64,000 nt of DNA, taken from positions 1 through 64,000 of the forward strand of contig JAUCBJ010006956.1 in assembly GCA_032718475.1 (NCBI GenBank). The letters run 5' to 3'. Both the position numbers and the translations under genes were made by a program. The DNA is from Nemertoderma westbladi (Eukaryota > Animalia > Xenacoelomorpha). The notes beneath the pieces are model-generated. The model saw only the letters and a list, made by a program, of their open reading frames with translations, was not told the DNA's origin and searched no databases. The stretch's first letter is position 1. Each line of letters starts with the position of its first letter. This document shows positions 1-13,965 of the stretch, piece by piece.

Positions 1-372
1 TGGTGACAGCCGTGGTAGAGTTGGCGATCGAATCGATATAATAGGGTAGTGTGGGGCTAGCCACACGATGAGAGGTTTGGGTACGCGAAGATGAATATGC
101 TATGGTTGGTTGATGCAACGACACGAACCAATACGCGCGGGTGGTAACAGCTGTAGGAGTAAGGAGGGCATCGTGAGGTTAGGCTACGCGTAGGTGATAG
201 GCAGCGATTGGTTGAAGGCAACGAGGCGAATCAATATTGATGGTGACAGATGGTCATTAAACACCTCGATTTAGCACCGGAATTTGGCATTTTTTAATTG
301 CCTCCGAGATGTGGCCCGTAGCCCAGGCTAGGGAGGAGTGAGTGGAGGGCTATGCTTCTCCTACTACTACTA

Positions 373-1479
373 TACTGTATGTCTCTGTGACGGGTGCGAC
401 CCGGCACACAATAGAAGCATCTCAATAATCGAAACATTGCTTCTATGATACGAAAATATACACTGCTACATAAGCTTTTGTAAGCAAAATACTCATAATG
501 TAAATAAATATACAGTACTGTAAATCCAAGATAAAGTGTGCAATAGCAATGCAACAGTTGTCTCGTTTGCCAAGAACATTGACAGAGTCTAGGATCAGCT
601 AAGTTGCCTAAGTTTGCCATGGTTTAAGACAATCTTGGTCGTTTTTGTGGTCATTCAAGGTCGATAAAATGCGGACCAGTTGACTTACTTGGGGCAAAAC
701 TTGGGAAAGGAGAAGCGCCCACCCACCCCCACCTTCGGGTTGCAGCAATTGAAAGAGGAGAATTCGGGACGCCTCCATCCTCGGCCGACTGTTAGCTTGA
801 TATTCTATACAGTAGTGTATCTTCATTGAGTTCATTCCGTTTGGATTATTGCTTAGAGAGCTACTACTACGATCGGCATGCTGCATTGCAGCTGCATTAT
901 ATATATTACATATATATTAAGAATGCTGTTCAGGTTTGTCGACAGAATTGCCCCGCCACAACTCCCTTTCACCCATGACATTTGTGTAATGGCTCCTTGG
1001 CACGATAAGCTCCTAAAACGGATTTGAATCTCAAAAAGGTTCCAGGTTTTACTAAGCGAGGCTTTACCTCGCTTAGTGTTTTGGTTTTCCGGCTAACGTA
1101 AAATATTTTCCGCTAGAACATGGTCCTTCAATGACTTGTTATTTACGGACATCCACAACATTTTAGTATAGTACAAAAACACAGTGATTTTCTGTTCTTC
1201 CCAAGTAGTACTGTATATTGCTTCCTTCTGACATATAAAAAATAGTGTACTGTAACACCATAGAAAAACCTCTGGGATGAGAAAAAGGTAGAAACCGGGT
1301 GCTTTGGGTCCGTTTAGCGAAGTATACATTATGGGACAAATCCAAGTTTAATAAAGTAAAAATTAAATAATAATGAATGACCAGGACGTAGGAACCATTA
1401 TTAACATATTTTTGTGAAAGTATCACTTACACACAATAAAATCCATCAACATAGTTTAATATTAACTTAACATACAGTA
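373..1479. repeat. ~1.1-kb direct repeat, copy 1 (copy 2 at 3912-5028), bounded by 10-bp inverted ends TACTGTATGT/ACATACAGTA
   Basis: Near-identical to 3912-5028 apart from a ~10-bp indel at ~990 vs ~4531; the ORF track shows the same spurious ORFs in both copies. Confidence 0.9.
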
Positions 1480-3911
1480 CCCTGCAAACAATTTACTTTC
1501 GAGGAATGTCAGAAAAACATCATTAATTTGTTATAAATGTTGATAAATGTCATTCCCTTGTTTGATAGAATATTTAGATGTTCAATATATGTTATTTTAA
1601 CATTACTCTATAATGTCTTTGTCAGACATTAAATAAATGATAACTGTTGATGTTAGAAAAACGTAATTTTAATGTGAGAACATAAACATTAGTCAAAAAT
1701 GTTTTATAAGTGTTTAGTTCTAACATTTTAAGAACATGGTTTGTTACATATCAGAACAATGTTATTTTGTCACATAAAATAAACATTATGCGATAGACGC
1801 TGCTGTCACTTCTATTATCTAATCTGAGATTGATGATTGGCTAATTTTAAAATTGGCGGTAATGGAGGAATTTTCCACATGTAAAATAGTATACAGTATG
1901 GCATGTTGTACAATACTCATTCTGGCATGCCTGTATTCAATGTTTATTGTGTATATGTATTGTTATACTGCTGTACTGCAAGGCCTATCTCTATATTACT
2001 GTAGTGATGTAGTGTAGTTACTGCAGGCCTACTGCACTGTACAGTAGCTTATATTTTTGGTTTTATAGTCTTGGTTTTGTGATTTATTTAACCTGAACTC
2101 ATAAATAAAACATATCTACCTGAATGCGAGTTCGCCTTTACCCTCTGGATTCACACATTACTGCATTAGACCTACCAATTACAGAATTCAAGTCTGCCAG
2201 GACCAGGAAGTCCCCTTAAACCAGCACTGACAGGTGGAGGATTGACTTATTTGTCTGTACTGATGGTGGATTTCAACAGCCGAGGACTAAAGATTGGAAT
2301 TCTTATTATTGGGAGGTCCCAGTTTTCAGTTGAAGGGGCAGGGCACAGGGACAGCATTACTACAACACTTTGAAAACTTCACATTAACTGTTATTTCAAA
2401 CTATTTATTGTTTCAGTTTTTAGATTGTACTTTTGTAGGGCCTAGGCCTATTGATTTATTTTTACAGTTTAATAAATGAAGCTCACTCAGCTATAATTAT
2501 AATTAACATTTAATTTTTTAAATATGATTTGTTCAGATAGGGAGGATTTGCGATGCAATCAAAATCATCCCTCTCCAGGGAGATATCGATTCAAATAAGT
2601 ACTGATTACTCTCCCAGAAATAAATCTGTAAAATCTGTATATGTGCCTCTGTAGCCAACTGTAACCTGCTCCTTTTAATAAATTTAACATTGTTGTGAGG
2701 TATTATTTATTAAACCCACTATATGTACATGTATATGTATATGTATCTTTTTCAATGGTAATATGGATAATATTGAACAAATGTGTAGGTATATAGAGTC
2801 AGTAATGTCTGTATATTAAGCGTAGGTTATTACCATTCACTAGATATTCCGGTTTATTATGTCGGTTTGTTTGTTATTTTTGTGTTAAATTACGTTGAAA
2901 TAATTTTAGTATTCGCTAAAGTTCTCAAGACAAAATAGACAGTTTCAAAAATCTACTGGACAATTTATATAACTGTGTCAATAACTAATTATCGTAAAGG
3001 TTTTGTGCAGTATTATATTTGATATTATTTGTACCGCATATGTAAATTGTCAATAAACATATCTATCTATCTACATTATTTTATATAGACTACAAATCAG
3101 ATCTATAAATCTAGTGAATAATATTAACTCAAAGTATTTTAATTGATGCAATTCATTACGTTGTTATCACTTATTATTACGTCATAAACATATTCTTTTT
3201 AAGTCTGTGATTAACTTTAACCGAAATATCAAAACCATTTACATAATGGGCCATACAGCCATATATTTGTTGTTTACTTATTCTGTGATATTTTACTTTG
3301 ATTTTACTGTTTATTTCATTATTTGTTCCTGACTGGTCATTATACAAAAAATTCAATTCATGTTATACGTTTTAATTGTTATTAATTTGCATACAATTGC
3401 CTACAACAAAATTGTATTCAATCAAACTGTGTTAGAGATTGTAGCCTGCCACTACCATATCAACATGCGTAGGGAAATTATTAATTAATTATTCAATAAA
3501 GGGTTTGGCAATTACAAAGAACGATAATAAAGAACGGCAATGGAGGGGGATTATTAGTTTGAGAGCAAGCGAACCATAAAACATGAGAGAAGGGCTTAAT
3601 TGCACGTAAATTTAATGTTACGTTTTTAGCAAACAATATTTTTATGTTAAGAAATAACATAACAGTAACGATCTAAATAAACATTATGCCGTTGTTATTT
3701 TAATGTCAATAAAAATACAATAATAATGATAAGGAATAACATAAAAGTAATGATATATGTAACCATCCTGGCTTTGTTATTTTAATGTTATTAAAAACGA
3801 AATAATAACGTTAGTATATAACGTCATATTTCTTGGCCAATTTACAGTTTTTTTATCATTAATCTAACAATTTGAAATAATGTTATCTATGTCATTAAAT
3901 AACATTTTAGT

Positions 3912-5028
3912 AACTGTATGTCTCTGTGACGGGTGCGACCCGGCACACAATAGAAGCATCTCAATAATCGAAACATTGCTTCTATGATACGAAAATATAC
4001 ACTGCTACATAAGCTTTTGTAAGCAAAATACTCATAATGTAAATAAATATACAGTACTGTAAATCCAAGATAAAGTGTGCAATAGCAATGCAACAGTTGT
4101 CTCGTTTGCCAAGAACATTGACAGAGTCTAGGATCAGCTAAGTTGCCTAAGTTTGCCATGGTTTAAGACAATCTTGGTCGTTTTTGTGGTCATTCAAGGT
4201 CGATAAAATGCGGACCAGTTGACTTACTTGGGGCAAAACTTGGGAAAGGAGAAGCGCCCACCCACCCCCACCTTCGGGTTGCAGCAATTGAAAGAGGAGA
4301 ATTCGGGACGCCTCCATCCTCGGCCGACTGTTAGCTTGATATTCTATACAGTAGTGTATCTTCATTGAGTTCATTCCGTTTGGATTATTGCTTAGAGAGC
4401 TACTACTACGATCGGCATGCTGCATTGCAGCTGCATTATATATATTACATATATATTAAGAATGCTGTTCAGGTTTGTCGACAGAATTGCCCCGCCACAA
4501 CTCCCTTTCACCCATGACATTTGTGTAATGGATTTCTCGTGCTCCTTGGCACGATAAGCTCCTAAAACGGATTTGAATCTCAAAAAGGTTCCAGGTTTTA
4601 CTAAGCGAGGCTTTACCTCGCTTAGTGTTTTGGTTTTCCGGCTAACGTAAAATATTTTCCGCTAGAACATGGTCCTTCAATGACTTGTTATTTACGGACA
4701 TCCACAACATTTTAGTATAGTACAAAAACACAGTGATTTTCTGTTCTTCCCAAGTAGTACTGTATATTGCTTCCTTCTGACATATAAAAAATAGTGTACT
4801 GTAACACCATAGAAAAACCTCTGGGATGAGAAAAAGGTAGAAACCGGGTGCTTTGGGTCCGTTTAGCGAAGTATACATTATGGGACAAATCCAAGTTTAA
4901 TAAAGTAAAAATTAAATAATAATGAATGACCAGGACGTAGGAACCATTATTAACATATTTTTGTGAAAGTATCACTTACACACAATAAAATCCATCAACA
5001 TAGTTTAATATTAACTTAACATACAGTA
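3912..5028. repeat. ~1.1-kb direct repeat, copy 2
   Basis: Matches 373-1479; ends ACATACAGTA. Confidence 0.9.
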
Positions 5029-5645
5029 TACACGATATAAAACAAGTCCAATATCAATTAATTACAATATTAGTAAATATGTACTGAAAGTATGCAATAT
5101 ACTGATATACAATGTAAAATAAGTACCTAGAATAGTGATCGTAAAATACACAAAATAAATTAAAATAAGTGTGTAGGATAGAGTTACCACATCGGTCCAA
5201 ATCGATACCACATCGGATCCAACCGGGTTCACATCGAACCTAATCGCTACCACATCAGACCCGGTCAGACCTAATCGATACCGCACATGATCCAGAGATC
5301 CCAGACGACTCCACAGTCCATTCCGATTGGTGGAAGAATATGTTGCATGATTGAATCCTCGGATCGCATATGGTGTTACTACAATGTCTCTTTCGATTGA
5401 CAGTTAGATGTTCGGTGATAAAACTCCATGGCATTCATAAACCATACAGTGTATTGGGAATTCAAATGTCATCAAGAGTACAAAATACTCTTCTCCTAGA
5501 TGTTGATATTTTTTGGGTATTACAGTATATCATTATGCCAAATTATTAAACATTAATAAACTGACAAATAAACAAAATAAAGTAAAAGAACAGGTTGCGC
5601 TTACAGTTACATGTATGCTGCATTAACCAAAATAATAAGAAAATC

Positions 5646-6297
5646 AGTACCACATCGGACCCAATCGGTACCACATTGGTACCACATTGTACCAAATCGG
5701 TACCACATCGGACCTTATGGGTACCACATCGGACCCAATCGGTACCACATCGGACCCAATCGGTACCACATCGGTACGACATTGGAACAAATCGGCACCA
5801 CATCGGACCCAATCGGTACCAAATCGGACCAAATCGGTATCACATCGGACCTTATGGGTACCACATCGGACCCAATCGGTACCACATCGGACCCAATCGG
5901 CACCACATCGGACCCAATCGGTACCAAATCGGTATCACATCGGACCTTATGGGTACCACATCGGACCCAATCGGTACCACATCGGACCCAATCGGTACCA
6001 CATCAGTACCACATCGGACCAAATCGGTACCACATTGGACCAAATCGGTACCACATCGGTACCACATTGGACCAAATCGGTACCACATCGGACCTTATGG
6101 GTACCACATCGGACCCAATCGGTACCACATCGGACCCAATCGGTACCACATCGGTACGACATTGGAACAAATCGGCACCACATCGGACCCAATCGGACCA
6201 AATCGGTATCACATCGGACCTTATGGGTACCGGGCATCGGACCCAATCGGTACCACATCGGACCCAATCGGTACCACATCGGACCACATCGGGGCCA
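5646..6297 (+). repeat. Minisatellite built from 10/11-bp subunits (GGTACCACATC/GGACCCAATC)
   Basis: Tandem GGTACCACATCGGACCCAATC-type units; a degenerate copy at ~5185-5285 and an inverted copy at ~6799-6903. Confidence 0.95.
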
Positions 6298-6798
6298 CTG
6301 CAACCTGCTCCTTTCCCTAAATTGAGAATATAACATTGAGGCGGGATATTAATTCGCCAAGATGGGATTTGCGTCCAGTCCCCCCCCCCCCCCCCCCCCC
6401 CGTTTCAAATTATTTCAAACAATGCATTTGATAACGTTTTCTCTTTCAAACTTCTTGCCTTCCCTTCCGCAGACTGGAGAACTGAAGATTGTCTCTAGTG
6501 CATGTGTTATATATCAGTCAGTCAGTATATAGTACAGTATAGTATAGTATAATTATACAAATACAATAACTGCCAAGCTCATTGTGTATACCTGCAGACG
6601 GGTACAGTACTGTATAAGTAGGGGCAATAGTCTCTGCATTAGATATTGTAGTATCTAGTACCTACTGCAGTGCAGTACCGGTTACCAGCCTGACATGTTG
6701 TCAGAAAGACTAACAATTACTGAATTACTGATACGAGTTTGGTCAGTTGGCTGGTTGGTGCTGGAACTTGTTATTTACATCCTAAATTGCTATTTTAT

Positions 6799-6918
6799 GG
6801 CCGATGTGGCTCCGATGTGGCCCCGATGTGGTCCGATGTGGCCCCGATGTGGTCCGATGTGGTCCGATTTGGTCCGATGTGGTACCGATTGGGTCCGATG
6901 TGGCTTTTAGACGGACCC
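6799..6918 (-). repeat. Inverted copy of the 5646-6297 minisatellite, possibly the subterminal arm of a non-autonomous DNA transposon
   Basis: CCGATGTGG units are the reverse complement of CCACATCGG. Confidence 0.75.
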
Positions 6919-7115
6919 ACCTACACCCATCAAGCCTAACTTACCAAGCAGAATTTCGTGATCTACAGTATCGAAAGCCTTTTGTAGGTCCAACATTACC
7001 ATACCAGTATATAAACCCTTTGCGTTATTACATCTAATTGTATCAGTTAAGTTAATAAGGCAGGTGTCTGTAGAATATGATTTACGAAAACCGGACTGAA
7101 GTTCATAGATCAGAT

Positions 7116-7615
7116 TTAGCCTACTAAGCTGCTAAGATGTGCCTCCAGCTGTAGAAAAACAGAACGTTCTAGAATTTTAGATACAATACTTAAGATACTA
7201 ACAGGTCTGTAATTACAGGGTTCTACTTTACTATTCTTTTTATACAGAGGAACAACCTTAGCTAATTTCAGTTCGTCTGGTACTACATTATCTACGATAG
7301 AGTAATTAATAATAAAAGTAATAGGCACTTTAAGTACTTCAGCCCCATCCTTAAGAAAACGGGCAGGTATTAGATCTAGACCGGTACTTTTTGAGGCTGA
7401 TAGGCTAAGTAGATTTTTAAAAACGAAATCCTCAGAAACGGGTTTTAAAAATAACTTTTCTGAATTTTGTAACTTTTCTAAATAAAAATTATTTAGAGTT
7501 TCGGACCCTATACTATATTTATTACTTGATAACGGTAATTTCTTAACTAAATTAGAGGCAACATTAGTAAAATAATTATTAAATAAATTACTAACTAGAG
7601 TATGATCATGAATCA
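7116..7615 (-). pseudogene. Fragment of a non-LTR retrotransposon (CR1/L2-like) ORF2, pre-RT/RT N-terminal region
   Basis: FNNYFTNV...KSTGLDLIPARFLK...VPDELKLAKVVPLYKK...NYRPVSILSIVSKILE motifs typical of LINE RTs. Confidence 0.85.
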
Positions 7616-8162
7616 GCTCACCGTAAAGGCCTAGGCCTATAGCAGTATATTGAGGGTAGGGGTCGATTCGCCCCTCAGCCCCTCGACCTTTTCGCCCCAA
7701 GTCGATTCGCCCCACATTTTAGGCTGTTAGGGGCATATGCCGCATATGGACCTGGGGCGAATCGTCTTTGACAGTTGACTGATTCTCCCCACCCACTGCT
7801 ACTGCTGCACTGCTGCACTGCCCACCCTCCAAGTCCATTCGCCCCAGACAGCCAGACATGCCAGATGATAATATTGAATGTTTTAGGCCTACTTCTTTTT
7901 AGGTAGAATGATATTACAGTATTAGAAAGTGCAATATTTAAGCGCTCCACGCTCCGCACATTGAAACAATTTTGAAGAGCGCCATGCCAATGCAATTTTA
8001 ATTTTGAAGAGCGCCACGCCAATGCAATTTCAATTTTGAAGAGCGCCTGCGCCACGCCTATCACCAACTGACCAATGCAATTTCAATTTCTGAATTTTGA
8101 AGGAGTGTAACCACTCGGCCAATGTGCAATGTGCAATGCAGTACCTCATATGTCATACCGGT

Positions 8163-11100
8163 CAGTAAGGGAAAATACCCCGAATCGGGGCATAGAGGCA
8201 AACCCCGATTCTGGGTTTTGTAATGCCCCGATTCTGGGGTCTCCCATAGACATTTTTTCTCCTTAATTTCCGCATGTGAAGATTTTAATTCCGCAATTTC
8301 GTTTTAACATATTCGAATACACATTTATATGTTCTACAAATAAGAAAACTTTGGAGTAATAATGAAATCTTCCGGCTTCAATATTGTACCGGAAAATCTA
8401 ATGTAAATTGTACCCCGAATCAGGGTATCCAGGACTCCCTGTACCCCGAATCGGGGCTTGCGATATTTTCATACAGCCTGCAGAGCACCGATTCGGGGTC
8501 AATATTTTCTAGTACACCGATTCAGGAATTCAATTTTCTAGAAAATACACCGAATCGGCTCTTTTTTTCCACTCAGACACCGATTCGGTGTATATTTTCT
8601 AGTCGTTATTTATATTATCTATGTGGCGGGCTGGAGGGCCTTGTTTGTCCACAAAATGGCTTGGCCGCACGAGCATTTAATGAAACACTGTGAAACAGGT
8701 ATCGAATGAAATGTTCTCTAGTTGGTGAAAAAAAAAGTTTGAAAATCTTAGACCAAAGGGTGTCGAGAAATTGACATGTATTGGCTTTTTGCACAAAATA
8801 CTCATTTCAGCTGATTTTTAGCGGTTCTACAAGTGGGAACTAATTATTTTACATGGTAAGAATAACTTATTCTTATATAAATATTAAATTGCTAGAGTCT
8901 CTAATCTCTATAACCCATTCCATCAAAGTCTTTAATTAATTTAAGAAATTAATGTTAAGAATGCATGTTTTTAATTGATTGAAATGATTTAAGTGATATT
9001 TATTGTTGAATTATCCACGCTGGACACATATTTCCATAGACCACTATTATAGGTAGATTAGCCTTCTTAATTCAGCCTAGCTAGAACTCCATCTTGCTTG
9101 CTTCCATCCAATCACAGACTAATAACTGAATAACTACCTACTATTATCTACTGAATATGAATAATGTATTGACAATAGATATCATATTGCCGGCAGGTTC
9201 AACGAACTGTGTTTATTACACGAACGGATTACGTGGTAAGCATTAAACAACTGTAACATAGTGTATGGATGATAGAAATCAAATATAATATTGAGGGTCT
9301 TTCTGTCTTTAGCTGGTTTATATTATATTAATTAAAGATAACACTAGTAAACGTTTTCAACGGTTTCTGCATCAGACTATTATCTTTCTGTCTTTAATTA
9401 ATACAATAAACCAGCTAAAGACCCTCAATATTTTATTTCATTTCTATCATCCATACACTGTGTTTATTACCTGATTTATTTGTAAGCTATTTCCCACGGT
9501 GTTAGTTGATCAGAGTGGCTATTGGGACGAGCCATAAAGGCAGCCAAGACGCATTTACAATTAGCATAATGGTTATTCCTCGGGCCGAGCCGCAAACGGT
9601 GTTGCGAGACATTAGCAAAAAAAATAAATTGAAAAATAAAATTAAAATTAAAAAAAAAATAAAATAAGATTTAAAAAAATATTTTTTTTTATTTATTACA
9701 AATACATTATAATAATTAAAAAGGGTAATAAATTTCGCTATTTAAGAAAGCCGTATCGATCCGATCAAGCCGAGTCGAACTGATGGAGCCGAGTCGAACC
9801 TATCGAGCTGAGTTGAACCTATCGAGCTGAGACAAACCTATCGAGCCAAGTTGAACCTATCGAACCGAGTCGAACCCATCAAGCCGAGTCACACCAATTG
9901 AGCCAGATCAAGATGAGTCGGACCGTTTGAGCCGAGCCGAACCTATTGAGCCAAGTCGAACCTATTGAGCCGTGTCGAACCCATTGAGCAGAGTCGAACT
10001 GATTGAGCCGGATCATGCCGTCTTGGACCGATTGAGCTGGAACGAACCTGTCGAGTGGGACTGATAGAGCCGAACCTATCGAGCTGAGTCGAACTTATCG
10101 AGCCGTGTCAAACCTATCGAGCCGAGTCAAACCTAAGGAGCCGAGTCGAACTGATCGAACCAAGTCGAACCGAGTCAAACTGATCGAGCCAGATCAAACC
10201 GATTGAGCCTGATGGAACCAATCGAGCGGAGACGAACCAATTGAGCTGAATCGAACCGATCAAGCCATGTCGAACCAATCAAGCCAAGTTGAACCATGAT
10301 CGAGCCGAGTCGAACCAATCGAGCCGAGTTGAACTGATTGAGCCGAGTCGAACTGATTGAGCCGAGTAAGTAGGCTTATGTAAGTATGTATGTGCACAAT
10401 ATTGGCTGTATGTATGTACATATTGACATTGGCCCTAGCACCTAGCTGATAGCAGGACAGGCCATTAGAGTTTGTAATAGGCTTCCAGTAATGATTGGAA
10501 CCTAGATATTGTCTGCATGCTGGTGCCACCCATACCAGGGCAATAGATTTGTCTGCATGGTCACTCAGGGTACTAGTTTGATGGGCAGGTCCGTTTAAAG
10601 CCAGCTTGCTGGCCTTCTAGTTGAGTTGATGTAAAGGACAAGGCTATACATGGCAATAATAATAAGATCAATTTGTATTCAATTTATTTTAGTTAGATTA
10701 CCCATAGCCTCGTTTAACATTGCTGCCTAGTTGAATTAATCTGCCGCCCAACCTCAACAGCCACGCCGAGTAAAGCCAGGAAATCAGGAATGCTTATAAA
10801 TTTAATCAAAAGTCTAAATAAAACAAAATATAAAAGCAGAAGCAATATTCCATTCCAATATTGGATTCCAACGCAAACAAAAAGGTTCAAAGCAAGAATG
10901 ACTTTCATCAACCAAACAAACTGCTTCCCGTCTAACTGTGTAATGTAATGTAATACACAGTCGTCTAAGCTACTAAGCATACAAATCACAACCACAATTA
11001 TTAGTGTGATGTCGATGTGTGAAATGTTATCCTATTTGCAAACCTGGGAAACGGCCCTAAAGAGAGGTTTATTCTGCTAAGACCAGAAGACAGTAAGAAG

Positions 11101-11679
11101 AGTAACAGGAAATACAAATATGTAATAATAATAATATAATTTTTTTAGATAGTTTTTCTAATTAATTATTATTTACTTTTAATTTTTATGAATTGCTTTG
11201 ATAACATACACTACCCAGAGGTACACAATAATTAATTAATCTATAAAGTCGTAAAATGAAATTAACTCAGGATTGATTTTATTTTACAACACTTTTAGTG
11301 ACAAGAGTCATTTATTAGAATCGTATGTTAAAATCAACACCAGGAATTGCGCCATAATATTACAGTATTATATGTACACAAACACAATATAGCGCCAATC
11401 GGCACTCAGTCAGCCAGTGCCAATGAAGAATAGCCATTGCAATCATAATATGATTGATTGACAGGTTCCACTTGACAGATTTCACAGGGAACTAAATAAC
11501 TCCTATACCCCGATTCGGGGTATACCTAATTTTTTCCGCTGCCTGGAGATTTTCTAGTAGAACACCAATTCGGGGTATAGCTTTCTACTGAAAATCTCGA
11601 ATCGGTGTCACTATTTTCCACTATAACACCGATTCTGGGTATAGAGCTGTACCCCAATTCGGGGTATTTTCCCTTACTG
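8163..11679. mobile_element. Non-autonomous DNA transposon with TIRs CAGTAAGGGAAAATACCCCGAAT and subterminal palindromic CCCCGA(A/T)TCGGGG repeats
   Basis: 8163-8190 is the reverse complement of ~11652-11679; ACCCCGAATCGGGG-like motifs are clustered at 8176-8590 and 11505-11665. Confidence 0.7.
9755..10365. repeat. Degenerate ~20-bp minisatellite (ATCGAGCCGAGTCGAACCT-like)
   Basis: About 30 imperfect tandem units. Confidence 0.9.
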
Positions 11680-13194
11680 CCGGTACAGCAGTTGAACAGT
11701 CTGACAGTACTGCAGTAGCCTAACCAAGTAGTGCACACTGAACGACTGAACCATACAACAGAAAAAAGGAGCGAAGCGAGCCGAAATTTTTGAACAGCTA
11801 ATGCAGTACCGGGTAATGCAATTTCTAACAGTCTACTGGTCTAAGGCACTTCCGTCGTCCGTAATTGTTAAACTAACAAATCGGCGCTGGTTTTTATTTT
11901 TTACAATATATAAAAAAACACAAAAATACACAAAAAAAATACAAAAAATTACACAAAAAAACACAATATTACCCAAAAAAAACTACCGGTACCCAAAAAG
12001 ACAAAAAAAAATGTTTTTCATAAACAATGTAGGCCTATCTACGATACGATTTAGGTTAATTGTAAGAAGAGTTTTACTTTTCAGTTTTCAATTTTCACTT
12101 TTTTCAAAATATTAAATTTTGTTCATTTGAAGATTCCTTTTTAATGACCTACTGCCAGTGCCACCGGTTTACCGGTAAGCCTACGCCTACCCACCCATAC
12201 TGCCAGACAGCATACAAAATCAGATTTCTTAATTAATGGAAAGGAGCAGGTTACAGTGACAGTAGCAGGCTTTTTTTCTAACCAAAACAATAAACGATAA
12301 CCAAAGAACACAGGTTACAGTCTTATTTTTCCAGACCCTATCAGCCTATAGGATATAAATTATTTTTGTCTTTTTGGGTAAGTTTTTTGGGTAATATTGT
12401 GTTTTTTTGTGTATTTTTGTGTTTTTTTGGGTACCGGTAATTCGTAGGACCGGATTAATCCAGCGCAAAGTGTATGGATTCCAGTCAGCCAGTCTGGCCT
12501 CGATCTGTCAATTACGCGTAATATTTTCTCAAGATAATGTGTCAGATAATGTGAAACAAATTTATAAGGTCAGAAGGTAAATCAAGCAAATCCAAATGTT
12601 GTTTCTGTCTACTTTCCTTTTAAGCTTCAATATATCTGTATATTGCAGTATTGAATCACGTGACTCACATGAAACAGTTGCAACTCTCATAGGCAGATAG
12701 GCAACTCTTGTCAGCTTGTGGCTCGGCAAGGGTACGAACCCGCGGGACCTTGAAGCATAGGCCTACATACATAATGAATTACATGTGAAACAAATTGATA
12801 TGGTCTGATGGTGTTCCTCTGGTCATCATCTGGTACTTCTGCACTTCCTAATATTCTAGGCCTACCTAAAAATAATATTAGTACTGGCAGACTGGTAAAA
12901 CATTCAATAATATCATCTGGGGCGAATGGACTTTGAAGGTGGGGCGATTGTCCTTTATCTGATCTGATCTGACTGTCTGACGGCATCTGATCCTATAACC
13001 AATCATTGCCCTGCTAGGTCTGTAGGTACAGCAACGCTTTCAAATAACGTCCTATTGGATCCTAATAGGATCCTAATACTGTACTATAATACTGTAATAG
13101 GAACCTAATAATAGGAAATAAATAACCTTTCTACTACTAGGCCTACTCTGCTACTACGGGCTGACGGGTCCAACGAATCTGTACAAAAAAGTAC

Positions 13195-13770
13195 AAACAA
13201 ATACAATATACTACAATATACTACAAAAGAGTACATTAAAGTGCAAAAATAGTACAAAAGAGTGCAAAAATAGTACAAACGAGTGAGAAACGCTTGCAAA
13301 ACGTGTAGGCCTACCGGTATACAAGAGTGTAGTTCAAATCGTGTAGAGGGGCGCACATGATGTGCAAAATAAAACAAAGCAACAAAGCATTGTGGGGGCG
13401 AGCAACGAGTCTCAGTTATACGAGTTTATATCTACCCAACCCACTGCATAATGTATTGCATTATAAAGTTACATTGTATTATACGAACTGTAGCCTACTT
13501 CTACTGTATGCCAGTCAAAATCTACATGAATCAAAGTTCTGTCAATCACTTCATACTTGACCACAGAACCAAAAGGTGCAAGGCCGCTATTGACATTATT
13601 GTACCGGTGCATATTTCGGTGCCTGAGTGCCGTTGCATTTGCATACAATTAATTATATGTGTATACAAGTGTAGCATTTGTAGTGTATTCTGTATACTAC
13701 CTGACTACACTAGTATACACGTTTTACATGCGTTTCTCACTCGTTTATACTATTTTTGCACTTTATTGTA
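13195..13770. mobile_element. Small inverted-repeat element (MITE-like) just upstream of the PPP4R3 start
   Basis: AGTGCAAAAATAGTACAAACGAGTGAGAAACGC (~13261-13292) is inverted at ~13730-13762. Confidence 0.55.
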
Positions 13771-13965
13771 CCGGTAGGCCTATTCCAAAAGTTGAATTTT
13801 AATAAAAAGTTGAATTTTAAAAAATAAAGTTGAAATTTCAACTCAGTTGAAATTGTAACTTCCCCCGACAAGATAGGTAGGTTCTATATTACTACAGTTA
13901 CTCAGTTTGTTTAGTTACCTGCCTGCCTGCTGGTTTGTTGGTCGCCTAGTTTTTTTTTACCTCAA

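Noticed and set aside
1-360. GC-richer segment with two similar TTGGTT...GCAACGA...CGAA.CAAT motifs
   Set aside because: Truncated by the window edge; cannot be assigned
5546-7037. Many overlapping 60-241-aa ORFs
   Set aside because: By-products of a stop-free minisatellite, open in several frames on both strands
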